This document shows, piece by piece, positions 25,711 through 40,977 of a DNA stretch of 64,000 nucleotides (position 1 is its first letter; every line of letters starts with the position of its first letter). Under the pieces are notes generated by a model. The model did no database searches. It saw only the letters and a list, made by a program, of their open reading frames with translations, and was not told the origin of the DNA. The position numbers and the translations under genes are program-made. Source of the stretch: Eledone cirrhosa (taxonomy: Eukaryota); the NCBI GenBank assembly GCA_964016885.1, contig OZ024748.1, forward strand, positions 9,176,001 through 9,240,000. Direction: 5' to 3'.

Positions 25711-26717
25711 TTTTAATTAAGAAAGTCCCTCCTGATTAGCGTTACAGAGGTCCAGGCCACCCGACACTCACCACATTTAATGAGTCCCTCTTTATATTTT
25801 CTGAACACTCACCATCATCCTATCGAACATGAAGAGAAGAAATATAATCGATAACTTCGATTTCACTACATTACTTATTTCAGCAAGTCCCCCGAAAATA
25901 AACTGGTTGCAGTATTTGAACTCCGAACCTGAAATAAGGTAAGTGAATCTAGTATGTTTACAGTTTCCATTACTATGGCATCTTTAACACCTACGTCAAG
26001 ATTTTAATGTCAACTTTGTTTCACTTTTATTCTTTTTGCAAATGTAAAAAAAAACGAAAAGAAATTTTAAAAAAGACGAAAAGAAAGAAAAGAATTTAAA
26101 AAAACAGGTTTACTGCATTTAAACGAAAGAAAAAATGCAATTAAAATATTAAAAATTCAGCAGCGCATCGAAATATTGAATAAAGAAAACTACAAACTGA
26201 AGAGGAAAAAATATAAAAATAAAAAAAAACATAAAGAAAGGGAGAGCAAGGAAAATGATAGACAAAACTTTAAGTGAGAGAAAATGAAGGAAGAAACTTC
26301 AAAAAGCATGAGAAATGTAAAAGGAAATACAGAAATAGTTCTTAAAATATTGAAGACGTAAAAACTCATCAAAGAATGAAAAGAAGAGCAAAAATTACGA
26401 AAAAAAAAGTCTAAGAGGTTTTGCAGCATTTAGATGGGAAAGAAATAATATGTAGAAAGTTGTGAAGTAAGAAGTACATATAATTGTTCCTTTAAAAAAC
26501 TGTCACGAACTAAATCTGTTTGTTTTGTGATATGAAATTGTCTGTTCTCTCTCTCTGTCTGTGTGTGTGTGTTTATATGTGTGTGTGGTTGTTCGTTTTA
26601 TGAGTGTGTTTATGCATGTTTGTGTGTGTATGTGTATGTTTGGTCTTTGTGTGTCTATATTTGTGTTTGTATGTGTGTCTATGTACATGTCTGTGTGGTA
26701 TATGTGTGTATGTGTGG

Positions 26718-26759
<42 letters not shown>

Positions 26760-27219
26760 GTTATATATACATGTGTTTATTTTTATAAAGAAGTATTATA
26801 GAAGTAACAAGTGTCTGTTTATATATTCAATACGTGAAATGATGATTTTTAACAAATTCATACAAAAACATCAACAAAAACATCAACACCAACAACAACA
26901 AAACCAATGGTTATATAACATGTTTAACACTTTAGCAGCAAATGTTTCCTTCGTAATTATTTCTCTCACTGGCAGCAGGATACACATTTGTATGGGGAGC
27001 TGTTTTGTTGCTCTTATTGTTATTGTTGTTGTTTTTGAATTAATGTTTCTATTTTTATTTAGTCAATTCAATTAGCATCAGTATCTTTTCATTTCTTTTT
27101 ACCCCTATCTCTTGTAGTTGTAGGGGCACCGTTGTGACATAGGATGTGTGACATAGATGGTGTGACACAGGATTGTAGGGGCACCGTTGTGACATAGGGT
27201 GTGTGACATAGCTTCGGTA

Positions 27220-27470
27220 TATATTTAAAACATGGTGGAGCTCGTCTCCTCTTCCAGTCTGAACATGGCTGATCTATTCCAGGGAGAGAACGAGAAAGGG
27301 AAAAGTTAGAGTTATAGAAGAAAAATCGACTCCAATACTGGTATTTTTTTATCGACCCCGAAAGAATGAAAGGCAAAGTTGACCTCAGCAGGATTTGAAC
27401 TCAGAGAGCAGGAAACCGGAATAAGTACCCCCAAAGCGTTCTATCTGATGTTCTAACGAATCTGGCAGTC
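27220..27470 (-). mobile_element. diverged SINE A variant with extended tail; sister copy ~29510-29740
   Basis: atcgaccccgaaagaatgaaaggcaaagttgacctc plus shared aaac(a/g)tggtggagc tail. Confidence 0.65.
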
Positions 27471-28459
27471 AACTCTGTCGGTTCGCTACCTATCTCCCGT
27501 ATACGATTAATATTCATGTTGTTGTTGTTGTTGTTGTTTAATCAGGAATGGAAGGGCGGTGTTGATGATCCAAGGTTCTCTGTAGTTGTGGGTATGGTGT
27601 GGGGAGGAAGCGTGAAACCTGAGGCCTGTCAACCATAATATTTGCAACAACAACCAAAAGGTATCCAATGGCCAGATTGTGGTATCGAATATCGTTATTG
27701 TTGGTGTTTAGCCCTAGGTCAGGTTTGTACAGTGACTGAGCTGATGTTTGTAGCAGTCCTGGCGGCGGTGGGGTTTACAGTATCGACAGAGAGTCGGATA
27801 ACCTGCTTTGTGGTATAGAGTTACGGCTTTTTACGTACTGAATTCAAATCCCGCCGAGGTTTGCTTTGCTTTTCATCTTTACGGAGTCGATAAAATACCA
27901 GAAACACACTGAGGTCAATTTAATCACACACCCCCCCCCCCCACACACACACACACACACCACCACCACCACCACCACCATTGTTGGCCTTGTGTCTAAA
28001 TCAGAAACTATTATTTTTATGATCCCCATTATTATTGTTGCTTTTGTCCTTGTAGTAGTAGCCCTAGATGTGGGGTTAACAAACTTGACATTGCTGGCTT
28101 TGCTGCTACCATTATGTGAAGTTCTACAGATAACAGACAGATAGGTTAACATCTGCCACTTTCTCCTCAAAACTTTAAGTAGCCATTTTGACTTTTTGAA
28201 ACGTTCGAAGAGAAAAAACTTTGGAACGGTTCTTGCAGCCCATTCCACGAGGAAAAATATATGTGGCCTCTACATTGCTGCCTGATCACTTACGGTTACT
28301 AATAATGACACATTTAGCCGGTTGTGGTTGGTGTAAATATGCAAAAACCTATCCCCCTCCCCCCTGTGGAACCAGCGTTATTGTTACAGGGTTGGCAGTA
28401 TCGGTAGAATATCGGCAAATTTGCCGCCTTTTACTTTCTGAGTTCAAATTCCGCCGAGA

Positions 28460-28670
28460 CTGAGAGTAGTAGACCCGCCACTGGACAGGACGCCGTCCAT
28501 CGCAGGGTTTAAACCCCTAACTACTGTTGATACGTATTTTCAGTTGTGTTACTGGAGCAGTGTGTAATGACATGTTTCTTGCTCAAGAACACAACACACA
28601 ACCTGGTCCAGTAATCGAACCGACGACATTGTGATCGTAAGTCCAACACCTTAACCAGTAAACCACACGT
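28460..28670 (-). mobile_element. SINE family B
   Basis: aaccctgcgatggacggcgtcctgtccag and gttcttgagcaag on the minus strand. Confidence 0.75.
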
Positions 28671-29017
28671 TTTAACATTGGTAAATAGTAACACAAAAAA
28701 TAAATTATTATGCCGTGAGGGTGAAGAGAAGTGTAACGCTGCCAGCAGAACTCTGTCGGAGAAAGATGGAATGTTTACTTGTGTTGCTGGATAAATAAAT
28801 AGACTTGGGAGTAGTGAGTGATGGAGAGACAAAAAAATATAGCAGAGAAATGGAAGGAAGGAAGAGGAGAGGAAGTGAAGGGAGGAGGGAGAGAGGGGGG
28901 AGACAAAGGCAATAAGTGTTGGTGAGAGAGAGAGCGGAGAGAAAATCAATAGAAACGCCGGCAGAGTTGAAAACTGAGAGAGGATGAGGAGATAACATTT
29001 GTCAATGTTATGGCGTG

Positions 29018-29096
<79 letters not shown>

Positions 29097-30944
29097 GTGT
29101 GTGTATGCACGTATGTGTTTGTATTTATGTGTGAGTACCTATCATAAACTCTTGGACACCACTTGAACAGAACTGCACGATCCAAAACTAATGGCTTTGT
29201 ACATTTGAAGACTTCCTAACATATATGGCAGAGCAAATATATATATGGCGGCTCATCCCGCCTCCAAGCTACGGTTTAATCTTAGCGAACTAAACAAATA
29301 TTTGTCAATAAAGATTATTTGATGATTCGTTCTGAGATCTAATCCCATCGAGGTCAACCCTGTTTGTCATCCCTCTAAGGGTCGACACAATAAACAGGTT
29401 CTTTCCTCGTTGTGGGTGTGTAAGAGCTGCCAATATTTGCATTGGAACTGTGCGTAACTTAACCTACATAGCTTTGTTTTTTTACCCGTAACTCCTGGTG
29501 GAGTCGTAGAGAAGTTTTTAAAACGTGGTGGAGCCCATCTCCTCCCCAGGTTCGAACACAGCCTATTTCTTCTAGAGAAGGACAGACAGTAATAGAGAGG
29601 GTGTGTGAAAGAGGTATAGAGGAGGGATTGACTCCAATACTGGACTGGTACCTTTTTATCGACCTTGAAAGGATGAAAGACAAAGGTACCTCGGTGGGAT
29701 TTAAACTGAGAGAGCAGAGAACTGAAGACCACAAACATTTTATCTAATGTTTTATTTAGGACTGCATGATCAAATGTGCCATACCTTGGACTACAATATT
29801 TAATGTGCCATAAGCTATCTTGAACTACAGTATTTAATGTCATTAGCTATCTAGGACTACAATATCCAATATGTCCTATATTTGAGGCTGTGTTGTCATT
29901 TGTAGAAGATTGAGTTATGTCTAGCATGTCTTTTTATGACGTATGACTTCCCTTGTGTGTTCTGTTAACAATGTCTAGATATGTTTAGAGATGAGCTTGT
30001 GGAGAATCAGGTTTGTTTGATTATTGCTACAGCATGGTCTGTACAACTGCTACCGTATGGTCTCTATAACTGCTACAGTATGGTCTGTACAGCTGCTACC
30101 GTATGGTCTGTATAACCGCTACAGTATGGTATATATAACTGCTACAGTATGGTCTGTGTAACTGCTACAGTATGGTTTCTATAACTGCTCCAGTTAGGTC
30201 AGTTACTTTCCCCAAAACCAGAATTTCTCTTCAGCACTCTTCAGAGAAATCTCTCCGACTTTCTCCTCCCTCCCTCTCTCCGACTTTCTCCTCCCTCCCT
30301 CCCTCTCTCTCTCTCCCCACTCTCTGACTCTCACGGGCTCATTCTTTTGTTCTCATGCCATCACTATCTCACCCCTTCTCGTTCTATCCCTCTCCTTCTC
30401 TGCCGTTCTCTATCTTTATCTTTCCCCCTCTCTCTCCCCACTGTGTCCCTCCTTCTCTAAGCCTAAGAATTTCCAGCAGGATCAATATCTTCTGTGGCTA
30501 TAATTGTGTATACAGCCATCTTCAAACTATCTGGCCGTATGCCAAATGTTTAGAAATCAATACACGGAGAGCAGCAAAACCTCTCAGTTTAGTGAACACA
30601 ACTTGTGATATCGTCCACACTAAAATATATCAACGTTACCATTAGTGAACCCAAGCACCCTCTCATACACCACGTGATCTTTGCTAACAATAATCACTCT
30701 TTCTTCTGTCTCAACACAAATCAATTGTTTCATACGAGAGGGTATGTTCGATTAAATCGGTTCCTATGTACTATTGCTGCTGATTTTCTAGAAGACGCCA
30801 GAAGAATGAGAGGTAAAAATAACTCGGGATTTCACTGCAAACATAAAAGGATGAAACGAAACTTTTTGGTTATTTCATCCGGCATCTTTCGTTGTTTTTA
30901 GAGAGAGGGTTCTTTTTTGTTTTTAGCTTGTTTCCCTCCCTGTC

Positions 30945-31220
30945 TGATTTAGTGGTTAAGGTGATGGACTTACGATCGTAATATCGCAGGTTCGATTCCT
31001 AGACTGGGTTGTGTGCTGTGGTAAAGGTGTTGGTGTGTTGTGCTCTAGTGTAAAACACTTCATTTCACGTTGTTCCAGTCCACTCAGCTGAAAATATGTG
31101 CCATCAGTAGTTGGGGAGGGGTTAAATAAACTTGCTAGGGACTGGCGTCTTATCATGTAGGGAATCTTGTAATTTCAGTTGCTTAGTTCCAAACGTAACC
31201 GGGACAAACACCGGACTACA
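30945..31220 (+). mobile_element. SINE family B
   Basis: tttagtggttaagg..ggttcgattcc head; aaacacttcatttcacgttgttccagtccactcagctg core. Confidence 0.75.
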
Positions 31221-32141
31221 AAGAAGATGAAAATACATTTGGAGTCTTTAAGAAGATTTATTTACAATAATTTAACTGGTTTCACAATTTCATGATTTTC
31301 AAATGTTAAGTGAGATGGAAAGACGTGGAGCTAGCTGTCCTGCCTTTGGGTGGAGTTAGACTCCTCTTGTTTTCATGGACAGAATATGGTTCAAATTGTT
31401 ACCATACAACATGACCTCAATACCTGAAGCTTCAAAATCTGTCAAATATTCTTACAATTTCTAGCATAAACACTTACACAGGAGACGACGATAATTTCCT
31501 TTCTTTACAACATTGCCACCAGGAAGGTGGCCGGTCAAAAATAAACTCAAAATTAAGAGAAAGCAAAAACATTCATTTATTCATACATATATACATACAT
31601 ATTAATTATTCGAAATTATATTTGTTTTTTTTTTTTGTGTTTTTTTTTTGATAAATGCAGAATTTTATATTTACGTATTATATATATATGAACACACTAT
31701 TTTTTCTCTCTCTCTCTCTCTTTCTCTCTTTCTCTCTCTATTTCTTAAATTAAAAGAAAAAACGCAGGAGTTGGCTCTTTGAAGTTTTAAAAGCTGGCTT
31801 AACAAGACTGTCTGATATATTGTAATATATACACGACCTTCAATATATATATACACACATCTAAGAAAGTATACACAGCCTTCACAATATACACACACAT
31901 CTAAGAAAGTATACGCAAGCTTCACTATATACACATATACAACTAATAAAATATACACGACCTTTACCATATACACACACAACTAAGAAATTATACAAAA
32001 CCTTAAAAAAAACATCACAAAAACAACAAAAACAACAAACCCTTATTTTTTCATCCACGTATCTTTTTTCTATACACAATTATCGATTTTTTATTTATTT
32101 TTTATTTTTCGATTCTTTTTATGACTATTTTTATTTGTGCT

Positions 32142-32402
32142 GTTGTTGTTTTGGTGGTGGTTCTTGTTGTTGTTGTCGTTGTTAGTATCGTCGTTGTTGT
32201 TGTTTTGGTGGTGGTTCTTGTTGTTGTTGTCGTTGTTAGTATCGCCGTTGTTGTTGTTTTGGTGGTGGTTCTTGTTGTTGTTGTCGTTGTTAGTATCGTC
32301 GTTGTTGTTGTTTTGGTGGTGGTTCTTGTTGTTGTTGTCGTTGTTAGTATCGCCGTTGTTGTTGTTTTGGTGGTGGTTCTTGTTGTTGTTGTCGTTGTTA
32401 GT
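32142..32402. repeat. 54-bp GTT-derived minisatellite, ~5 copies
   Basis: ttttggtggtggttcttg recurs with period 54. Confidence 0.9.
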
Positions 32403-32629
32403 CGCAAATGACAGATTGATTATTAAAATGGGTGACCAAGGAAATGTAGCATAGGGTATGATAGTCAGTTGTGGGGGAGGGGCGGGGCATGTATGTGTGT
32501 GTATATGTGTGTGTGTGTGTGGATGTATGTGTGTGTGTGAGAGAGGGTGAGAAGACGGTGTGTGTGAGAGAGAGAAAGAAAGAGAGAGAATGATTATAAA
32601 AAGGATAATAATAATAATGATGCTTATAA

Positions 32630-32823
32630 TAATAATTGTTTCTACTTTTGGCACAAGGCCAGCAATTATCCCAGTGCATTACTGGTACTTTATTTTATCG
32701 ACACCGTAAGGATGAAAGATAAAGTTAACCTCGACGGGATTTGAACTCAGACCATAAAGGGCCGTAACACTTTGCTGCAAAACATGGCGTCCAACCCTCT
32801 ACCGATACTGCCAATCCACCACC
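32630..32823 (-). mobile_element. full-length SINE family A
   Basis: reverse complement of the family consensus. Confidence 0.9.
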
Positions 32824-33169
32824 CTATATCTAATAATAATGCTAATGATGATAATAATAATGGCGATGATAATAATAATGGCGGCGATTGGTTTTGCAAG
32901 GTTTTGGATATGAAATCGTGTTTTGAAATATATATTGTTATATTTGGGGAAGGTCATGTCCTAATATTGTTATATTTGGGGAAGGTCATGTCCTAATATT
33001 GTTATATTTGGGGAAGGTCATGTCCTAATATTGTTATATTTGGGGAAGGTCAATACAAGGACAAAGACCTCACAATTGGGTTTACATGTCCTAATATTGA
33101 GTGTGATTTACTATTTTTGGTAATATTAGGACATCACCCTCCCCAAATATAAATCATAATAATAATGGC

Positions 33170-33605
33170 TTTTTTTATTAGCCACACAAGGCTTACATTA
33201 AGAGGACAATAAAGACGGTACAAGACGGTACAGTACGGTACAACGTGGGTTTAATGATTTCTTTTCTTGGTCACAAGAGCCCAAGATGTTGGGAACAATA
33301 CAAGGACAAAGACCTCACAATTGGGTTTACATCGAGTAAAGAAACAGTTGTTTTCTGGCCAGCTATCGTTCAGCAAGTACTGTCAGTGTTTGGTAACTCT
33401 TGATGCCAAGGATTCTATCTTGGACTGTCATTGACCCGTGACTAGAGACGGGCTGCAGAAATAGATATCCTACGAAAGGGGGCCACACTGGTTGGGTTTC
33501 ACTTTAGTTGTCTTCGTCATTTCAGTATTCAACCGTAATTCCACAGACCTGCTGGCATTGCTCCAGTATGGTACCGACATCTTCTATAAGTGACGTCATC
33601 TGTAG
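33170..33605 (-). mobile_element. very decayed Tx1/L1-like LINE remnant
   Basis: TDDVT (YADDVT-like) and RSVELRLNT (KSVGLRLG-like) in shifted frames; ends toward an A-rich tail. Confidence 0.35.
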
Positions 33606-33877
33606 TAACAGACCTCCCCCCCCCCCCAACCCACAGACCTGGTTCTACAGGAATTTCTCTCAAGATAGATAAATAAATAAATATTATTTTTTTTAATAAA
33701 GTAAAACAATAACAGCGACGACGACAATAACAACGACAATAACAACGACAATAACAACGACAATGATAACAGCAACGACGATAACAACGACGACGACGAT
33801 AAAAACAACGATAACGACGACGAAAACGACCATAATACCGACGATAAAGACGACAGCAATGATGATGATGACGATAA

Positions 33878-34070
33878 TAATTGTTTCTACTTTGGGCACA
33901 AGGCCAGCAATTACCCCAGTGTATTACTGGTACTTTATTTTATCGACCCCCGTAAGGATGAAAGGCAAAGTTAACCTTGGCGGGATTTGAACTCAGAATG
34001 GCAAGGGCCGTAACTCTATGCGTCAAAGCATGGCGTCCGACCCTCTACCGATACTGCCAATTCACCGCCC
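33878..34070 (-). mobile_element. full-length SINE family A
   Basis: reverse complement of the family consensus. Confidence 0.92.
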
Positions 34071-34321
34071 CTAATAATGACGATGACGACGGGGACAATG
34101 GCGAAGAAGATGACGATGATGGTGACAACCAGTGACAATTATTATGATGATGATCTGGGGGGGGGGAGACTAAAGTGGTGATGATGATGATGATGATGAT
34201 AGTTAAGATGTTGATGAGGCTGATGATGAGGCTGATGATGATGAAGTTGAGGCTACTGCTGATGATGAGGCTGATGATGATGATGATGATGATGACGACG
34301 TGTCATCACCATAATCATCAC

Positions 34322-34353
<32 letters not shown>

Positions 34354-34799
34354 CCATCTCCATTATCCCTCACTGCTAATACCACCACTAATACCACTGC
34401 TAATACCACCACCACCACCATCACCATCAATGACAGGGCCTCTGCTGATTAAGATGGGAGGGAGGGCGGAGTGGGAGGAGGAGATGAAATTGCTGGTGGA
34501 GATGTTAATGAAGAATTCTAACAAAAAATGAGGCAGGAGTAGATAAAATAACATTACTACAACAACAACAACAATGGTATTTCTTTATTTATGATAATAT
34601 ATAATAACAATACAATATAACAATAATAAAGTTTATCAAAAATGTTGATGTTGATCATTATTATCATAATAATAATCATCATCATCATCATCATCATCAA
34701 CATTAATGTAATCATGACAATATCAACAACAGCAGCAGCTGTGATAAATATAACACACACACACACGCACACACACATACACACATACACACACACATA

Positions 34800-34885
<86 letters not shown>

Positions 34886-35059
34886 CACATACACACATTC
34901 AGATGTACATGCATACAGGCACATATATGCATACACACACACAGACCAAAAGAAGGGGAAAAAATATTAAAATGAATAAAAAAAATTTATAAATTCAATT
35001 AAAAACTATATAAAAAAAAACATTAATGTAAATTAAATAATAAAAACAAACTGGTTGAA

Positions 35060-35967
35060 GCAGCAATAACTGCAATAACAGCAATAACTACAACAATAAC
35101 AGCAATAACTACAACAATAACAGCAATAACTACAACAATAACAGCAATAACTGCGATAACAGCAATAACTACAACAATAACAGCAATAACTACAACAATA
35201 ACAGCAATAACTACAACAATAACAGTAATAACTACAACAATAACAGCAATAACTACAACAATAACAGCAATAACTACAACAATAACAGCAATAACTACAA
35301 CAATAACAGCAATAACTACAACAATAACAGCAATAACTACGACAATAACAGCAATAACAGCAATAACTACAATAATAACAGCAATAACTACGACAATAAC
35401 AGCAATAACAGCAATAACTACAATAATAACAGCAATAACAGCAACAACAACAATAGTAATAACTACAATAACAACTGCAATAACTGCAACAATAACAGCA
35501 ATAACTACAACAATAACAGTAATAACTACAACAATAACAGTAATAACTACAACAATAACAGCAATAACTACAACAATAATAGCAATAACTACAACAATAA
35601 CAGCAATAACTACAATAATAACAGCAATAACTACAACAATAACAGCAATAACTACAATAATAATAGCAATAACTACAACAATAACAGCAATAACTACAAT
35701 AATAACAGCAATAACTACAACAATAACAGCAATAACTACAATAATAACAGCAATAACTACAACAATAACAGCAATAACTACAACAATAACAGCAATAACT
35801 ACAACAATAACTACAACAACAATATCTACAATAACTACAACAACAACAATAATAACTGCAACAACAACAATAATAACAACAACAACAACTGCAATAACAG
35901 CAATAACAACAATAACAGCAATAACAATAATAACAACAACAACAACAATAACAGCAATAACAATAAT

Positions 35968-36010
<43 letters not shown>

Positions 36011-36046
36011 GCAATAACAGCAATAACAACAACAACAACAATAACT
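35060..36046. repeat. trinucleotide-derived array (21-bp acaacaataacagcaataact unit grading into (AAC)n)
   Basis: direct inspection. Confidence 0.95.
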
Positions 36047-36136
36047 GCAAGAAAGGAAAACAAGCTTTGTCAGTTCCTGCAGCAAGTTTTCTTTGTAATT
36101 ATATTTACTTTATCATTATTAATTTTATTATCATTA

Positions 36137-36187
<51 letters not shown>

Positions 36188-36512
36188 TATTGTTATGCTG
36201 CTGATGATAATGATGATCATCAACCTCCCCCTCGTCCACATCGTCATTATTATTACTTTTATCTATGTTGTTTTTGGTCTTCATATTTTTCTATTTCCAA
36301 ATAACTTTTAAAAATATACAATATTTTTTTTTTTCACATCTAAAAATTTTACTTCAATCGTATTCTTACTTTTTTTAAATATAATTTTTTCCCCTTTTTC
36401 TCTTCTTTCTTTCCTTGTTTTATTTTCTTCTTGCCTTCTTTCATTTTCAACCTTATCATACTTTCTTTTGTATGTATGTATGTATATGTGTGTATGTATA
36501 TATATATATGTG

Positions 36513-36555
<43 letters not shown>

Positions 36556-36694
36556 TTGCATGTATGTATGAATGAATGAATATATATGTAGGTATATATG
36601 TAGGTATATATGTATGCATATGTATGTATGTATATATGTATATATGTATGTATATGTGTATGTATGTATATATATATGTGTGTGTATATATATG

Positions 36695-36749
<55 letters not shown>

Positions 36750-36815
36750 ATATGTATATATATATGTATGTGTGTTATATGTGTATGTATATATATATAT
36801 GTGTGTATATGTATG

Positions 36816-36846
<31 letters not shown>

Positions 36847-36958
36847 ATATGTATATATATATATATATGTGTGTGTGTGTATATATGTGTGTGTGTGTGT
36901 GTGCGTATGTATATATATATGTGTGTGTATATGTGTATATACGTGTGTGTGTGTGTGC

Positions 36959-36991
<33 letters not shown>

Positions 36992-37285
36992 TTTGCTTTG
37001 TTACTTTAATATTTTTTCATCATTCTCCCCTCGTTTATAAAAATATATCATTATTATTTTATATTTGTTTTTACAATATTGTTGTTGTTGTTGTTGCTAC
37101 TGTTATTTTTTATTGTTATTAACACCACCACCACCACCACAAACACAGCTCCTCCACCACCAACACCACCACCACAACCACCAACACCACCCCCATTACA
37201 TTACATTACATTTTTGAAATTATATTTTTCGAAAAAAATAAATATTTTTTCAGCTTAATTTTCTGTTCTATATATTTTTAAAACA

Positions 37286-37330
<45 letters not shown>

Positions 37331-37949
37331 TGTGTGTGTGTGTGTGTGTGCAAATACGTGTTTATATTTATATATGTATTTATGTGTATGCGCGTATGTG
37401 TATATACATATGTATGTGTGTGTGTACATGAGTGTATATGCATGTGTAAGTCCGCATACACACATATTTGTGTGTATGTATGTATAAACACGTCTCTATA
37501 TTTATGTATGTGTTTGTGTATAGTGCAGCAGATTTCAGACCAAGTCCTCTGTAGCGTAGGATAAACGTGTGTGTGTAGGTGTGTTGTGCGAAGTGTGTAT
37601 TGTTATGTTGTCTTGTGTGAAGTGTGTGTTGTGTGAAGTGTGTGTGTGTGTATTTTTATGTTGTGTAGTGAGTGTGTGAATGTGTGTGTTATGTTGTGTG
37701 TGTGTTATGGTGTGTGTGTGTGTGTGTGTTACTCAGGAAGAAGTTAGTTAGAAGAGGGCGGTTAAAGAATGATTACCAGGGACAGAGTTGATGGGTGATG
37801 GTGAGAGAGGGGTGGGGGAGTGATGGTGAGAGAGGAGGTGGGGGAGTGATGGTGAGAGAGGGGTGGGGTGATGGTGAGAGAGGGGGCGGGGATGATGGTA
37901 CGGAAGGGGGGGTGTAGATGGTAGGGCTGGGGTGGTAGATGGTAGGGCA

Positions 37950-39092
37950 GGGAGATGGTTGTAGCGTGTGGGGCAGAGCTGAGAGGAGACCGGGGTGGGG
38001 GAAGCGGTGATGATAGGGCAGTAGGGCTGAGAGAAGGTTGGGGGTGGGGGAAGCGGTGGTTGTGGGGCAGAGCTGAGAGAAGACTGAAGGTGGGGGAACT
38101 GGTGGTTGTAGCTTGTAGGGTAGGGCTGAGAGAAGGTTGGGTTGGGGAAAGTGGTGATGGTAGGGCAGAGCTGAGAGAAGACTGAGGGTGGGGGAACTGG
38201 TGGTTATAGCTTGTAGGGATGAGAGAAGGTTGGGTTGGGGAAAGTGGTGATGGTAGGGCAGAGCTGAGAGAAGACTGAGGGTGGGGGAACTGGTGGTTAT
38301 AGCTTGTAGGGTAGGGATGAGAGAAGGTTGGATTGGGGAAAGTGGTGATGGTAGGGCAGAGCTGAGAGAAGACTGAGGGTGGGGGAACTGGTGGTTATAG
38401 CTTGTAGGGTAGGGCTGAGAAAAGGTTGGGTTGGGGAAAGTGGTGATGGTAGGGCAGAGCTGAGAGAAGACTGAGGGTGGGGGAACTGGTGGTTGTAGCT
38501 TGTAGGGTAGGGCTGAGAGAAGGTTGGGTTGGGGAAAGTGGTGATGGTAGGGCAGAGCTGAGAGAAGACTGAGGGTGGGGGAACTGGTGGTTGTAGCTTG
38601 TAGGGTAGGGCTGAGAAAAGGTTGGGTTGGGGAAAGTGGTGATGGTAGGGCAGAGCTGAGAGAAGACTGAGGGTGGGGGAACTGGTGGTTATAGCTTGTA
38701 GGGTAGGGCTGAGAAAAGGTTGGCTTGGGGAAAGTGGTGATGGTAGGGCAGAGCTGAGAGAAGACTGAGGGTGGGGGAACTGGTGGTTGTAGCTTGTAGG
38801 GTAGGGCTGAGAAAAGGTTGGGTTGGGGAAAGTGGTGATGGTAGGGCAGAGCTGAGAGAAGACTGAGGGTGGGGGAACTGGTGGTTGTAGCTTGCAGGGT
38901 AGGGCTGAGAAAAGGTTGGGTTGGGGAAAGTGGTGATGGTAGGGCAGAGCTGAGAGAAGACTGAGGGTGGGGGAACTGGTGGTTGTAGCTTGTAGGGTAG
39001 GGCTGAGAGAAGGTTGGGTTGGGGAAAGTGGTGATGGTAGGGCAGAGCTGAGAGAAGACTGAGAGTGGGGGGAAGTGGTAATGGTAGGGCAG
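37950..39092. repeat. 98-bp G-rich minisatellite, ~11 copies
   Basis: gtagggcagagctgagagaagactgagggt at 38351, 38449, 38547 ... Confidence 0.95.
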
Positions 39093-39712
39093 AGCAAGGG
39101 GAAACAACCGACAACGTTGTTTCTCACTTTTTGCTGAGACTGTCATGGCGGTCACAACCTTAAAAATTCAGAGCGAAACGACTTCAAATGTTTTCCATAA
39201 ATATCTCGTATATTATTCGATATACAACACATACACATGTGTGGGGGGAGGGGCATGTGTGGGTATGTCTATATGTGTGTATGTGTGTGTGTGAGTATGT
39301 GTGTATCTGTGTGGGTATGTATGTATCTGTGTGTATCTTTGTGTGTGTGTATGCATGCGTATGTGTGTGTGTGTTTATGCGAATATCTGTGTATATATGT
39401 GTATCGTTGTGTGTGTGTATGCATGCGTATGTGTGTGTGTGTTTATGCGAATATCTGTGTATATGTGTGTATCTTTGTGTGTGTGTGTGTATGCATGCGT
39501 ATGTGTGTATATTTATGTATGTGTATAGGTGTGTGTTTTTGCTGACTTAGATACGCAGATAGACAGAGCGGTCTCCAGCCACCAGCAACACACAGTCGGT
39601 GATATGTGAGTGAGGTAATAGTTTCTTAAACAAACTTGTTCTACCAGATTGCTCAGACATAAAATGGTTTTTATTTGGGTGTGTACACATACATACACTC
39701 ATACACATACAT

Positions 39713-39767
<55 letters not shown>

Positions 39768-40977
39768 CACACATAATTATGTACATACCATACATACACA
39801 CAAACATACACACATGCACATACATACACACATACATATACGCATACATATACACATATATATATACATATATATATATATATACATATACATATACGAA
39901 TACATACATATAAAGGTACGTACGTACATTCACACACATACAAACTTACATAATGGTTGCATCTTGGTTTCAAGAATTGCCTTCTCTTGACCAGTTTTCT
40001 CATACATAAGCGGCATAAACAGGACATTTTAACCTCCAAGGACTTAGATTCCTTTCAGTATATGCTGCAGCGATGAAAAAGGGCGAAGCTCATGTAAAAC
40101 ATGTGGAAGTTGTTCAAATCAAGTCCCACATGTCAATTTGGCTGCAAGGAATTGGTCATATTTAACCTTTGAACTTTCTACATGAATTGTAAAGCCAGCT
40201 TTTGACAGGTATATTCTGACACATAGATTGTATATAAACTGAGGGTATAGAGGTCTCCACATGCTGGCAGGGAACACTTTTGAGTGAAACCATAGTGTCA
40301 GCCTAGAGAGGGCCCGGGGGAAGGACTTTGTCATGGCAGAGCCAAGCACAAGACATTTCCCTGCAGTCGTTATGGGTGGATCTGTTGATCTCAGATCAGT
40401 CACATCACTCATCAACAGACACTCAAGGGAGACAACTGGAGCCGACATTTAGTTATCAACTTCATCATTGATAACACAATTGTCAACAATTAGTAGACTG
40501 TCAAAATATTGAATGCATTGATAACTTAAATGTCAATATAGGGAATGTATTGATAACTTAACAGTGTCAACAGTTAGTAAAAGCTTTAGGCCGGGTGGGG
40601 TATAGCGAGGCGGTGACGAGGGTGAGAGTGGTATGTGATGGATATAGAGGGGGAGAGGGGAGAAGGAGAGGAGAATGGGGAAAGGTGAAGAGAAGACGGA
40701 AGTAGTGAAATAAGTCAATAAAAGCAAGACTATATAAAGAAAGATTTGGAATATAAAAGTCGAAAAATATTCTGTATTGATATAAATAAAATTATTTATA
40801 TTGCTGTACACATATACACTAGGTCGGAACACAGAGGAACGAAACTCCCACTGTCACTGCCTCCACCTCTCCTGCCCTCCCCATCTCTCGGTGGATTGGC
40901 AGTATCGGTAGAGGGTCGGACGCCATGCTTTGACGCATAGAGTTACGTGGCTCCCACCTGCGGGTAGCCAACTCTGT

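Noticed and set aside
31240-31310. Possible decayed hammerhead on the minus strand (ttgaaaa..gaaaccagtta)
   Set aside because: Core deviates at two positions and stem I is not convincing.
35023-36085. Long Val/Ile- or Cys/Tyr-rich ORFs preceded by an acceptor-like ttcttgcag
   Set aside because: Pure trinucleotide-derived repeat; open frames are expected from composition.
40119-40448. 109-aa ORF as a host gene
   Set aside because: No recognisable motif and contiguous with a dispersed repeat also found at 17725.
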